This document shows, piece after piece, positions 38,407 to 50,228 of a stretch of 64,000 nt of DNA (positions are counted from its first letter, which is position 1; each line of letters begins with the position of its first letter). A model generated the notes under the pieces. The model had not been told where the DNA came from, did not search any database, and saw only the letters and a program-made list of their open reading frames with translations. The position numbers and the translations under genes were made by a program. The stretch is from positions 118,870 through 182,869 of the forward strand of contig CAVRDB010000003.1 of NCBI GenBank assembly GCA_963719625.1. Direction: 5' to 3'. Origin of the DNA: an uncultured Acidobacteriota bacterium. Its GTDB lineage: Bacteria; Acidobacteriota; Terriglobia; Terriglobales; Acidobacteriaceae.

Positions 38407-38544
38407 GTGAATACCTTACTCTCTCTCGAAAAAAGCATAGTATGTGCTCGATTCATGAAACCTTCCAGCAGACAACACGTCACATCCACATGTAGGTCAT
38501 ACGCTTGCAACGCAGACTGTGGCCTACGAAGAGAAAGGTTTTCC

Positions 38545-39780
38545 ATGGGCTTACCAAGAACTGTGTGCATGCTTATTCTGCTGGGCGGATTGAGCAGCGC
38601 CCTCTCGCCTGCTGCCGGTACCCTCTCAGCCCAACAGGCGGCCACCCAGCCGACGAGCGTAAGCCATCTGGTCGGATCGATCACCTCGATCCAAGGTCAA
38701 TCACTCACCGTGAAACCGGATTCTGGACCGCCTGCCACTGTGACCGTGACCGATACGGCCCGAATCTTACAAACTGCGCCCGGCGCGAAAACCATTGCTG
38801 GCGCTACCCCTATTCACCTGACGGATCTGGCAGTAGGCGACCGCGTACTGATCGCGATTCACCCAGCCCCGGACGGATCGGGTCCAACCGTAACAACTGT
38901 TATCGCCATGAGACAAGCCGATATTGCCAAAGAACACCAGGCCGAAGAGGAGGACTGGCAACAACGGGGAGTTGGCGGAATTGTGAAAACTGTCGACGCA
39001 GCAACAGGTACGGTGACGATCGCCCACCAGGCCCATGTCGTGACCATCCACACGAGTCCGAAAACGGTGGTCCGTCGCTACGACGCGGGCTCCATCAAGT
39101 TCTCTGACACAAAGGTCTCAACCCTGGATCAAATCCAACCCGGCGATCAACTTCGGGCGCGAGGCGATCGTAGTGCCGATGGCACCGAGATGCAGGCCGA
39201 GGAAATTGTCGCTGGCAGCTTTCGCAATATTGCTGGCGCAGTCGTTTCTTCCGATCCGACAGCCGACACCATCACAATAACCGACCGTGCGACGAAGAAA
39301 CCAGTGGTCATCCATGTCAATGCCGATTCGCAATTGCATCAACTGCCTGCGGTGATGGCCGAGGCGATTGCTGCACGCTTCAAGGGCGGAAGCAGTGGGC
39401 ATGACCAGGAGGCGGGCGATCATCATGCTCGCAGCAACGACGGGACGCACCCGCGAATCCCGGCCACTCCATCTGCAGCCACGCAATCCACAACGGAACA
39501 GTCCGGACCTCGCCCGGCTGGAGAGGGTCGCCGCAACGGGGACATCTCGCAAATGCTGCAGCGTGCTCCAGTAATCCAGCCCTCGGATCTACACCCCGGC
39601 GACGCTGTCATGATCGTCGCTACTCAGGGAACACCTGGCTCGCTCACCGTTTGTACGCTACTTGCCGGCGTCGAGCCAATTCTGAACGCCTCCCCCTCCG
39701 CCGGTCAGAATTTATTCTCTGCATCCTGGAGCCTGGGTGGACAAGGCGGTGGCGGTGAGGGCGGTGAAGGCGGCCCGTAG
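38545..39780 (+). CDS. Secreted hypothetical protein with about three repeated beta-rich modules and a Gly/Glu-rich tail
   Basis: ATG 38545 follows GAGAAAGG within ORF 38296-39780. Signal peptide MGLPRTVCMLILLGGLSSALSPAAG. Recurring pattern G-x-I/V-x-S/T-V...T-V/I-T-V/I...L-x-D/Q-L/I-x-x-GD. Ends GGQGGGGEGGEGGP. Confidence 0.55.
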   Translation: MGLPRTVCMLILLGGLSSALSPAAGTLSAQQAATQPTSVSHLVGSITSIQGQSLTVKPDSGPPATVTVTDTARILQTAPGAKTIAGATPIHLTDLAVGDRVLIAIHPAPDGSGPTVTTVIAMRQADIAKEHQAEEEDWQQRGVGGIVKTVDAATGTVTIAHQAHVVTIHTSPKTVVRRYDAGSIKFSDTKVSTLDQIQPGDQLRARGDRSADGTEMQAEEIVAGSFRNIAGAVVSSDPTADTITITDRATKKPVVIHVNADSQLHQLPAVMAEAIAARFKGGSSGHDQEAGDHHARSNDGTHPRIPATPSAATQSTTEQSGPRPAGEGRRNGDISQMLQRAPVIQPSDLHPGDAVMIVATQGTPGSLTVCTLLAGVEPILNASPSAGQNLFSASWSLGGQGGGGEGGEGGP

Positions 39781-39830
39781 AGATGGGATTTTTCTCTCGC
39801 GTAACGCCGGGTCATCTGCCGTGGACCCGG

Positions 39831-40310
39831 TTACTGGTTATCTCCGCCGCCATCTTCCTGAACCTGGGTCGGCGATCCGCCCGCCAACGGCACTGACCAC
39901 AGAGTGCCGCCTCGGCCTCCTTGGTACACAAAATCCTTCATCTCGATTTTCAGGGTGCATTCCTTTTCCTTCTCGCTGCCCAGTTCCGGCAGCAACACGA
40001 CCACTTCCAAATTGTTCTTGCCGTAACGTGCCGGATAGGTGTCTGGCGCAAAAGTATGGCGTACTGGGGTGCTGCATGAATATTCGAAATCCATGCCTTG
40101 CTTCGGAGGCTGTCCGGGCTGCTGCGTAATAAGATTGCCGTGGCCATATCCGTTGGCCCAGCCGCGGCGGCCGTGCCAACGTGAGTGAATCACCTGCAAC
40201 CGCATCGGGTAGTCATGTGTTTTCGCGAACATCGGGCTCAGTGGTACTAGCACGAAAGCGAGCAATGAAAAAGCACCGATTGTGCGTTTCAGAACGTGAG
40301 ATAACACCAT
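39831..40310 (-). CDS. Secreted hypothetical protein
   Basis: 159-aa ORF. Signal peptide MVLSHVLKRTIGAFSLLAFVLVPLSPMFA. No recognisable motif. Confidence 0.5.
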   Translation of the reverse strand: MVLSHVLKRTIGAFSLLAFVLVPLSPMFAKTHDYPMRLQVIHSRWHGRRGWANGYGHGNLITQQPGQPPKQGMDFEYSCSTPVRHTFAPDTYPARYGKNNLEVVVLLPELGSEKEKECTLKIEMKDFVYQGGRGGTLWSVPLAGGSPTQVQEDGGGDNQ

Positions 40311-40445
40311 AATCTCTCCATGTCGAGCGGCCTTCTTAATGTGGCATCCTACCCGAAGGCCTCATCCTCCGCAAGGATTTCCAGTCACTCTCGGCTGGTT
40401 GCGCTTGTGCGTCACGAATTGGACTCGTATGATCAAGCGAAGAAC

Positions 40446-41030
40446 ATGAAAGACGCTGCCAAAGGCCTAGATTCTGCTCCATTGCTGCGGGAAAAATCCC
40501 GTCTGATGTCTTCGTCAGAGATTGAGCGCACCCTGGTGCGTTTGGCGCATGAAATTGTCGAGAAGAATAATGGCTCCGACGATCTGACCCTGGTCGGGAT
40601 TCACCGCCGCGGCGTCCCCTTGGCAAGACGGTTGGCGAAGCTGCTGGAAACCATTGAGAAAAAAACCATCGATGTCGGAACGCTCGATATCAGTTTCTAC
40701 CGCGACGACCTGTCAACCCGCGGACCTCGTCCTGTAGTCAATCCGGGCGATCTTGGTTTCGATGTCAACGGCCGCGATGTAGTCCTGGTTGATGACGTCC
40801 TCTACACAGGCCGCACCGTGCGCGCCGCTCTCGATGCGCTCATCGACCACGGCCGTCCCAAGCGCGTGCAGTTGCTGACATTGATTGATCGCGGACATCG
40901 AGAATTGCCGATCGAGGCGACCTTTGTCGGACGCACGGTTCAAACCACAGATCGCGAAATTGTCGAAGTAAAGCTGGAAGAAGTGGATGGGAATGAGCAG
41001 GTGCTGCTGGTGGAGCGAATCGACGGATGA
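40446..41030 (+). CDS. pyrR: Bifunctional pyrimidine operon regulator / uracil phosphoribosyltransferase
   Basis: Within ORF 40320-41030; start placed at MKDAAKG (40446; ATG 40506 also possible). IERTLVRLAHEIVEKN, PRPP loop VVLVDDVLYTGRTVRAAL. Confidence 0.85.
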   Translation: MKDAAKGLDSAPLLREKSRLMSSSEIERTLVRLAHEIVEKNNGSDDLTLVGIHRRGVPLARRLAKLLETIEKKTIDVGTLDISFYRDDLSTRGPRPVVNPGDLGFDVNGRDVVLVDDVLYTGRTVRAALDALIDHGRPKRVQLLTLIDRGHRELPIEATFVGRTVQTTDREIVEVKLEEVDGNEQVLLVERIDG

Positions 41031-41063
41031 GCCGAGGCCGGCAGCTCTAGCCGCCGCAGCTAA

Positions 41064-42269
41064 ATGATGTTGAACGGATGTATGCCAATCAAACGAAAGA
41101 CACCGGTAAGAAAAGCGACAATCAAAACGCACGCGGCCAAGATCACCGGCACCGGAGCGGGCAGCAGCCATTCCTCCTCGAAACAGCCTCTCCTTCATCT
41201 TGAAAGTTCTCTGGGAACTGCGTTTCGGAACGCAATTGCGACGCCGCGGTTCCACGGCGCCGCTTCCACAGGATTTATTCATCCGGGCTCTGCAATCTCG
41301 GTTTCCCATTTCACGCTGAAAGATGTGGATCGCGTCCTGACGGAGGCTTCGGAGCTGGAAGCGATGCCCGTCGCTCGCCGTGCCCAGCGCTACACAAAAC
41401 GTCGCGTGGCACTCCTGTTTTACGAGTCAAGCACGCGCACACGAACGTCGTTTGAACTGGCCGCTAAATCCATGGGCGCGGATACCACTCTGGTCAGCGC
41501 CTTGTCTTCCAGCATTGAAAAGGGTGAATCCCTGAAGGACACGGGCATCACGCTGCGTGCTCTCGGCGCGGAATGCATCATCCTGCGACACCCCAACTCG
41601 GGCGCACCATATTTACTCGCTCGCGCTACCGGATTACCTGTTCTGAATGCGGGCGACGGCAGTCACGAACATCCTTCACAAGCGCTGCTCGACTTGCGCA
41701 CCATCCTGGCACACTTGCCGCGCAACACGCGAACATCGAGCAAACGAAATCATTCCATCACCGATCGCACATTGCAGGGCATCACCGTCACCATCGTGGG
41801 CGATATCCTTCATAGCCGCGTTGCCCGCTCGAATGCGCTACTCCTTCCAAAACTGGGTGCCAGAGTCATCTTCTGTGGACCGCAGTTACTGTTGCCGGAA
41901 TGCGCCGCAGCAATCGGCCCTGGAGTTGAAATTGAACGCAATTTTGAACGCGCCTTGAAACGGTCCAATGTTGTGATGATGCTGCGTATCCAGAAAGAAC
42001 GGCTGGCTGGCCTTGAGATCGATTTGGAAGATTATATGGAACAGTATCAGTTACATAAGGAACGGCTCGCCGCACATGCCCCACAGGCCATCATTCTCCA
42101 TCCTGGACCTATGATTCGTGGACTTGAAATTACCAGCGAAGTAGCGGATGGGCCGAATTCCGTAATTGCGGAACAGGTCTATCATGGCTCGATCATCCGG
42201 ATGGCGCTCCTGGCCCGCGCATTGGATACAGATCTCAAAAGAAATGAACACTCGAGTAAGAATCGATGA
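41064..42269 (+). CDS. pyrB: Aspartate carbamoyltransferase catalytic subunit (with an unusual ~85-aa N-terminal extension if the ORF start is real)
   Basis: 401-aa ORF. ESSTRTRTSFE, HPSQALLD, HSRVARSN, LHPGPMIRG. Its stop overlaps the pyrC ATG (ATGA 42266-42269). Confidence 0.85.
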   Translation: MMLNGCMPIKRKTPVRKATIKTHAAKITGTGAGSSHSSSKQPLLHLESSLGTAFRNAIATPRFHGAASTGFIHPGSAISVSHFTLKDVDRVLTEASELEAMPVARRAQRYTKRRVALLFYESSTRTRTSFELAAKSMGADTTLVSALSSSIEKGESLKDTGITLRALGAECIILRHPNSGAPYLLARATGLPVLNAGDGSHEHPSQALLDLRTILAHLPRNTRTSSKRNHSITDRTLQGITVTIVGDILHSRVARSNALLLPKLGARVIFCGPQLLLPECAAAIGPGVEIERNFERALKRSNVVMMLRIQKERLAGLEIDLEDYMEQYQLHKERLAAHAPQAIILHPGPMIRGLEITSEVADGPNSVIAEQVYHGSIIRMALLARALDTDLKRNEHSSKNR

Positions 42270-43596
42270 CAGCTATTTTGATTCAGAGCGGCCATGTTGT
42301 CGACCCTCCACAGGGATGGATGAAAGACGCGATCTGTATGTCCGCGACGGTCGTGTCGCTGCGTTGGACCTTCCTGGCAAGTTGAATGCATTAGCGAAAA
42401 AAGAAAAAGCAGCGATTGTCGATGCGAAAGGGATGGTCGTCGCCCCCGGTTTGGTAGACATCCATGTGCACCTGCGAGAGCCCGGCCAGGGCTACAAAGA
42501 GACCATCTCCAGCGGCACACGCGCTGCCGCCGCCGGCGGTTTTACCAGCGTCTGTGTCATGCCGAATACTTCGCCGGTAAACGACTCGGTGGAAATTACG
42601 CGGTGGATGCAAGCCTCCGATCGCGATGCTGCGGTGCGAGTATTTCCAATCGCAGCAGCCACGCAGGGAAGCAGGGGCGAAAGTGTTGTCGATTACAAAC
42701 CCCTGCAGGCTGCCGGTGCGGTGGCCGTATCCGATGATGGCAAGCCAATTCTTGAAGACAGCATCATGTTTGAGGCATTGGCTCAAGCTGGTCGCGTCGG
42801 TCTGCCCGTCATTCAGCACGCGGAAGACACACGCCTCACGCACGGAACCAGCATGAACGCTGGCACTCTCGCCTTCCGCCTCGGGCTGAAAGGCATGTCC
42901 GTCGACGCCGAAAGCGGGATTGTGGAACGCGATATTGAGCTACTATCACGCCTTCGCAAAAGCGACCCCGCCAGCCGCGCTCATCTGCATGTGGCCCACC
43001 TCTCCACAGCAAAAGCACTCGAAGCAGTCCGTCGTGCCAAACGCAGTGGCCTGCACGTCACCTGCGAAGTGGCACCGCATCATTTTGCTTTGACCCAACA
43101 GGCCATTGGCGATTACAACACCGATGCAAAAATGAATCCGCCGCTGCGAAGCGAAGAAGATCGCCTCGCGCTGATCGGTGGGATCATGGACGGAACCGTG
43201 GACGCCATCGCCACAGATCACGCACCTCACGCGCTGCATGAAAAAGAACAGGAATTCGAGCGCGCTCCCAACGGGATTATCGGCCTGGAAACGGCGCTGG
43301 GGTTGTCCTTGTTAGTGCTTCACCGGCAGCACCGTATGCCACTTCCCCGTGTGATTGCGCTGCTGAGCAGTCAACCGGCGCAAGTGCTGCATTTAAAACA
43401 TCGCGGCTCACTCGCGGTAGGTTCCTTTGCGGATATCGTTCTATTCCGGCCAAATGATGACTGGCAATTCCATGCCAGCGAATCGAAATCAAAATCCAGG
43501 AACACTCCGTTCGATGGGTGGAAATTACCGGGGCGTATCCAGATGACAATCAGCGAAGGCCGCATCGTTCACGACGCGAGTGCCTCCCTAAAGTAG
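42266..43596 (+). pseudogene. pyrC: Dihydroorotase, with a 1-nt deletion after codon ~16
   Basis: ATG 42266 gives MTAILIQSGHVVDPPQG, then leaves the frame. ORF 42166-43596 continues MDERRDLYVRDGRVAAL...PGLVDIHVHLREPG. The sequence CCA CAG GG|ATG GAT lacks one base at the G run 42313-42315. Confidence 0.9.
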
Positions 43597-43722
43597 TTCG
43601 CAAAGTCACGCCGACTTCTCTGCGTCGCCTGCCTGCTGTCAAAACTTTTTCTCGATAATTCGTATTGATTCATATAGATAGGGTTGCAGTCAGTACATAT
43701 TATTGAGTACATTCAGCATCGT

Positions 43723-44553
43723 ATGGTTATGCGACGACTTCTATTCCTCTTGGTTTTCACTGTTTTCTTTTGTGGTGCCAATGCCTCCGCCCAAACCTCC
43801 TGGACCGCACGGTGGCTAGCGAACGTGACTGCAACGCAAAGCAAACAGCCGCATTGGATTACGCCGGTTGTACTGGTGACACCCCGTTTGGAACAGGAAT
43901 TTCGTGCCGATTTCGTACGGGAGCTGCTCCCTGATAATGAGCACACTTGGAACTATGACAACGGCAAAGGTCTTGAATTGATTCCGCAGTCGCACATTGA
44001 GCTGCTGATCAATGCTCCGCCATATATCCGGCACAGCCCGAATGGCGCCACGAATGGTCCCGGCGACGTCAGCTTCGTGATGAAATACCGCATCCTTTCT
44101 GCCAACGAAGAAAAGGGGAACTATATCCTGACGGCATTTTTTGGCGGGAATGTTACTACCGGAACATATAAGAACGGCGCGCGCAGCTCCACCTTGACGC
44201 CGACGATTGCAGGCGGCAAAGGGTGGGGACGATTCGACCTTGAATCCACGCTGGGAGGAACTTTGCCCGTAGACAGTACTGCCTCGGTCGGTCGAACTGT
44301 CGTGTGGAATACAGTCGCGCAAGAGCATGTGGGGCGCTACTTCTGGCCCGAAATCGAGGCCAATTCCACATTCTATAATGGGGGCGATAACGACGGAAAA
44401 AAGCAGGTTTTCCTGACGCCCGGTCTCGTCACCGGCAGATTTCCTATACACAATCGCGTGGGATTGACTCTGGGAGCAGGCATGCAGATCGCGGCCACGC
44501 ATTACCATTCGTACGACCATGCGCTGATTTTTACCGCACGACTTCCATTTTAG
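43723..44553 (+). CDS. Outer-membrane beta-barrel protein (MetA/phenol-degradation-like transporter family, tentative)
   Basis: Start placed at MVMRRLLFLLVFTVFFCGANASAQ (signal peptide). Alternating-hydrophobic strands. C-terminal residue is Phe (ARLPF). Confidence 0.5.
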   Translation: MVMRRLLFLLVFTVFFCGANASAQTSWTARWLANVTATQSKQPHWITPVVLVTPRLEQEFRADFVRELLPDNEHTWNYDNGKGLELIPQSHIELLINAPPYIRHSPNGATNGPGDVSFVMKYRILSANEEKGNYILTAFFGGNVTTGTYKNGARSSTLTPTIAGGKGWGRFDLESTLGGTLPVDSTASVGRTVVWNTVAQEHVGRYFWPEIEANSTFYNGGDNDGKKQVFLTPGLVTGRFPIHNRVGLTLGAGMQIAATHYHSYDHALIFTARLPF

Positions 44554-44578
44554 TAACTTGTACAGTTACATGTAGCGA

Positions 44579-45796
44579 TCAAGGCAGAATCGTCATCTGC
44601 TTCCCGATGCGCGTCATTGTTTCCAGGGCTTGATCCAGCTGGGCGCGAGTATGCTCACTGGTCATGATGGTGCGGATTCGAGCTTTCCCTTCCGGCACGG
44701 TAGGGAAAGCAATTCCAGTGGCCATCACACCGGCCTCAAACAGCTTCCGGGAAAATTCCATCGTAATACGTCCATCCCCAAGAATGATCGGCGTAATGGG
44801 CGTCTCACTTGCTGGCGTGTTGATGCCGCCAATATTGAACCCAGCGGCTGCGAGTTCCCGCTTGAAATATCGCGTGTTCTCCCACAAGCGCTCAATGCGT
44901 TCCGGCTCATTCTCCAGAATGTCGAAAGCAGCGATGCATGTTGCCGCCACCGACGGAGGGTGAGACGTAGAGAACAGAAATGGACGTGCCCTGTGGTACA
45001 GATAGTCGATTAGATCGCGCGAACCGCAGACATATCCTCCCAATGCGCCAATCGCCTTGGAGAGTGTGCCCACCTGGACGTCAACCCGCCCATCGCAGTG
45101 AAAATGGTCCACACTGCCACGCCCGTTGCGACCCAGCACTCCGGAGGCATGCGCATCATCGACCATCATAATGGCTCCGTATGTATCGGCCAGGTCGCAC
45201 AGCTTGTCGACGGGGCCAATGTCGCCATCCATTGAGAAGACACCGTCTGTGATCAGCAGTTTATGTCCCGGTTCCGTCTGAACTTCCTGCAACAATTCTT
45301 CTGCATGAGCGATATCTCGATGGCGAAACACTTTCACCTTGGCGCGAGAAAGCCTGGCGCCATCAATGATGCTGGCGTGATTTAATTCATCCGAAATAAT
45401 GAAGTCGTCTTTACCGAGAATGGAAGAGACCGTCCCTGCATTCGCGGTAAAGCCGGATTGGAAAACAACGCAGGCTTCAACATTCTTGAATCGCGCGATT
45501 TTTTCTTCCAACTCCATGTGGATGCGCATGGTTCCGGCGATGGTTCGCACGGCACCGGAGCCTACGCCATACTTCCGCGTAGCTTCGATCGCAGCTTCGC
45601 GCAGCTTTGGATGCGCCGTCAAACCGAGGTAATTGTTGGAAGCCAGATTGATGACCCGCTTGCCGTCGTAAGTGCAAACCGGTTCCTGCTGGTCTTCCAG
45701 AACGCGCAAATGGAAATAGGTTCCTTTTTGCTTCAGCTCATCCAGTTGCGCGGTTAAATGCGCCAATTGAGGACGTGGGACGATCTTGCTGTTCAT
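44579..45796 (-). CDS. kbl: Glycine C-acetyltransferase (2-amino-3-ketobutyrate CoA ligase)
   Basis: 405-aa ORF. NNYLGL, SDELNHASIIDG, DDAHASG, PLP lysine GTLSKAIG, C-terminus TRIGKQM; collinear with E. coli Kbl as I remember it. Confidence 0.85.
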   Translation of the reverse strand: MNSKIVPRPQLAHLTAQLDELKQKGTYFHLRVLEDQQEPVCTYDGKRVINLASNNYLGLTAHPKLREAAIEATRKYGVGSGAVRTIAGTMRIHMELEEKIARFKNVEACVVFQSGFTANAGTVSSILGKDDFIISDELNHASIIDGARLSRAKVKVFRHRDIAHAEELLQEVQTEPGHKLLITDGVFSMDGDIGPVDKLCDLADTYGAIMMVDDAHASGVLGRNGRGSVDHFHCDGRVDVQVGTLSKAIGALGGYVCGSRDLIDYLYHRARPFLFSTSHPPSVAATCIAAFDILENEPERIERLWENTRYFKRELAAAGFNIGGINTPASETPITPIILGDGRITMEFSRKLFEAGVMATGIAFPTVPEGKARIRTIMTSEHTRAQLDQALETMTRIGKQMTILP

Positions 45797-45885
45797 CCTG
45801 AGCTCCGGTGTTCAAGAAGATTCCGACGGTTCCATCGTAACCGGTTCATCGCGGCAGAGGGAATGGAACTGAAGCTGTCAGTCGC

Positions 45886-46299
45886 TCAACGAAGATCGCG
45901 CAAGGGAGGCCAGCCTTTACGGTCCGTAATGACCCCGAACAGTCCCAGCGAAATGGCAACTGTGCCCGACAAAAAAAGCAGTAGTAGATTTGGAATTCCG
46001 CGAGTGTTCAGCGGAAGAATCAGCTGCCCGCAGAGGGCGAAGACGAACAGAATGAAGCCGCCAGAGAACAAAAACCAGGATGCGCTTCGGCGATGATAGA
46101 ACGCCAGAATCGAAGAAGCGAAGCTAAGAAAGCCGCCGGCAAGGACGACAAACACCTCAAGCCATGTACTGCCTACAATCGTAGTCAACGCCGCGACTGG
46201 GCTGTAGACAATATTGGCTAATCCCCAAAGAATGCCCAGCGAAAAGATTGCCGCTCCCCAGAAACGGCGTAGCCGGATCTGTTGATCCATATCTTTCAT
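45886..46299 (-). CDS. Hypothetical 4-TM membrane protein, last gene of the oxidase cluster
   Basis: Start placed at MKDMDQQIRLRRFWGAAIF (46299) so that it does not overlap subunit IV. All-hydrophobic helices. Confidence 0.45.
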   Translation of the reverse strand: MKDMDQQIRLRRFWGAAIFSLGILWGLANIVYSPVAALTTIVGSTWLEVFVVLAGGFLSFASSILAFYHRRSASWFLFSGGFILFVFALCGQLILPLNTRGIPNLLLLFLSGTVAISLGLFGVITDRKGWPPLRDLR

Positions 46300-46324
46300 C
46301 TTGACCAAACACGCAATTCCAGCC

Positions 46325-46648
46325 CTACCACATGCCCCACGCACGGCTGATATAGTCCGTCATCGTTAAGCTGATGAGCAGGAGAAACGTGAACAATCCC
46401 GCTACCACTGTCAACTTCAATAGCCGTGAACTGTAATGAATATGCATGAAAAACAAAACCACGAGCGAGGCTTTCAGACAAGCAATCGCCAATGCGATCA
46501 CTGCGTTAAACACACCCAGGTCAATGAACGATATACCGGTCGTCAGCGCGGTCAGCACAAGCAACGTTAGAAATATCGCTATATAGATCGGCGGCTTCAC
46601 GATATGAATTTCCGCGTCCTGATGCGTTGGCTTGGTCTTCTCGGTCAT
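46325..46648 (-). CDS. Cytochrome c oxidase subunit IV (prokaryotic COX4 family)
   Basis: Start placed at MTEKTKPTHQD (46648). Motif AIACLKASLVVLFFMHI is typical of bacterial subunit IV. Confidence 0.75.
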   Translation of the reverse strand: MTEKTKPTHQDAEIHIVKPPIYIAIFLTLLVLTALTTGISFIDLGVFNAVIALAIACLKASLVVLFFMHIHYSSRLLKLTVVAGLFTFLLLISLTMTDYISRAWGMW

Positions 46649-46721
46649 GCTCGGTACTCCATATTCCCCGCGGTTGCAGCGGCGTGTCAATCATGTTGCG
46701 CAACTACCCGCCACGTTCACG

Positions 46722-47463
46722 TTATCGATAGCGGCTGATGAGATAGAGCAATGGGAACAAAAAAATCCAAATAATGTCGACGAAATGCCAATACAGCCCG
46801 AAATTTTCTATGGGTATCACATGGCCATCGGTGTACGCACCTCGCGCAGCTCGCACTACGAGAAAAAAGAGGATCGAGACTCCGATGACCATATGCAGCG
46901 CATGCATTCCCGTCATTAAAAAATAGAGGGAAAAGTAAATTTGGGTTTTCTCTGCCATGTCGGGCGCGAGTGCAACTGCCTTGGGGTTCGTGGGATGAAC
47001 AAAATCCTGGATCGAGAAATTCATTCCCGGAATGTGATGCTCCACGTACTTGGAATGCCATTCATCCGCTTTGATCCCCAGAAACACGCCGCCCAGCACG
47101 ATCGTCAAAACCAGGAAAAGAATCAGATGGCCTTTGCGGCGCATTTCAGCACTATAGACAGCCATGGCCATGGTGAAGCTGGAGCCAATCAGGACCGCTG
47201 TATTGGTCGTACCTAACGTGATATCTAACGTGTTGCTGCCCGCGACAAAAGCGGGATGATACCAATTGCGGAAGATGAGATAGGCACAAAACATTCCGCC
47301 AAAAAACATGATTTCTGTCAGCAGGAAGACCCACATGCCGAAACTCGCGGCCTCGCGCTGCTGGCCGATGTTTTCAAAGTGGTGCCGCAAAAAGGCAGGA
47401 TGCTCGTGCGCATGCGGCAATCCGGAATGGTCCAGTTCCTCTGGCGTCGTGGCAATCGATTGG

Positions 47464-47471
<8 letters not shown>
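46722..47471 (-). CDS. ctaE: Cytochrome c oxidase subunit III
   Basis: ORF 46722-47528. Probable TTG start at 47471 overlapping the subunit I stop. [32 protein letters not shown] and HALHMVIGV. Confidence 0.85.
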
Positions 47472-49121
<1,650 letters not shown>

Positions 49122-49125
<4 letters not shown>

Positions 49126-50222
49126 GGCTTAGCTACTCCTGGCGTGGGTGCGTTTTGCAACGGGGCGGCGCCGGCGCCCTGGTTAGATGGCCCGATAGGG
49201 GCGGGTTGCGCGGAATCCAATTCGGACTTGTTCATCATCTGCTGCAGGCGATAATTGGAATCCAGGCTCTTGATGTACTCCACCAACTCGATCAGTCCCT
49301 CTTCGCTGATCTGGCCCTGGAACGTCGGCATGATGGGAACGTAGCCAGCTGGAACGTGGAGAGAAGGGTTCAATATCTTTTCCCGCAGATACTCGTCGTT
49401 GGCAATCATGGTCGATCCGTCGTTCATGCGCACCCGAGAACCGTAGAGCCCAAAAAGATTGGGCCCGCGCGCCTGCGAATTGCCGGAATGGCAGGCATTG
49501 CATCCCATCACGGCAAAAAGCCGCTCGCCATTCTGCGCCAGCGATGCTCCGCTGGTATTTCCGGCGGTCCACTTTCTATAGTCGTCGCGAGACATGGCAT
49601 AGACCCAGCCAATCATGGCGGAGTGATTGGTGCCACAATACTGGGTGCAGAAAAGATGATATTTTCCGGGCGTGGTGGCCTCAAAATAAACCGTGGTGTA
49701 GCGTCCGGGAATAGCTTCGCGCTTCACGCGAAATGCGGGAATAGAGAAGCTATGGAAAACATCCTGCGAGATCAGAGTGACCTGAATGGGCACACCCACA
49801 GGAATGTGCAGAGCGTCGATTTCATGCTGGCCGCCTGGATGCTCCACCTTCCACATCCACTGCTTGCCTACCACGTAGACATTCATGGAATTCGGCGGCG
49901 GATTGTAGATGCGGAAATACAGAAGCGCGCCCCACACGAAAAACACCAGAAAAATTCCCAGCGGAATCAGCGTCCAGGTCGCTTCCAGCAGCGTTGAGCC
50001 CTCAATCTGGACCGCCTCCGGATGCCGCTCTTTGCGATAGCGAATGGAAAAAACCAGGACCATGGTCATCACCAGCACCAGACCCGTGATCGTCATGCCA
50101 ATCAGCGCAAAATACAAGGCATCCGCATACGGAGCGATGGTGGACGCCTCCGGCGGAAAGATTGCAAAGTTCTCGAGCCAATGAACTAAAAATTCCCAAA
50201 GTACGGGACTAATGTGCGACAT
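49122..50222 (-). CDS. ctaC: Cytochrome c oxidase subunit II with a fused C-terminal cytochrome c (caa3 type)
   Basis: 366-aa ORF. Two N-terminal TM helices, CuA site HSFSIPAF...[13 protein letters not shown]-terminal heme motif CNACH. 4-nt overlap with subunit I. Confidence 0.92.
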
Positions 50223-50228
50223 GTATGT

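Noticed and set aside
40311-40445. PyrR binding loop / attenuator upstream of pyrR
   Set aside because: Stems exist (GGCCTTC...GAAGGCC, ATCCT-ccgca-AGGAT). The closest match to the UCCAGAGAGGCU loop is TCCAGtcactctcGGCT, which has the wrong loop content. This is not convincing without covariance modelling.
44553-44569. Hairpin GTAACT-tgtac-AGTTAC between the convergent OMP and kbl genes
   Set aside because: It is an AT-rich 6-bp stem with no flanking U tract, too weak to call a terminator.
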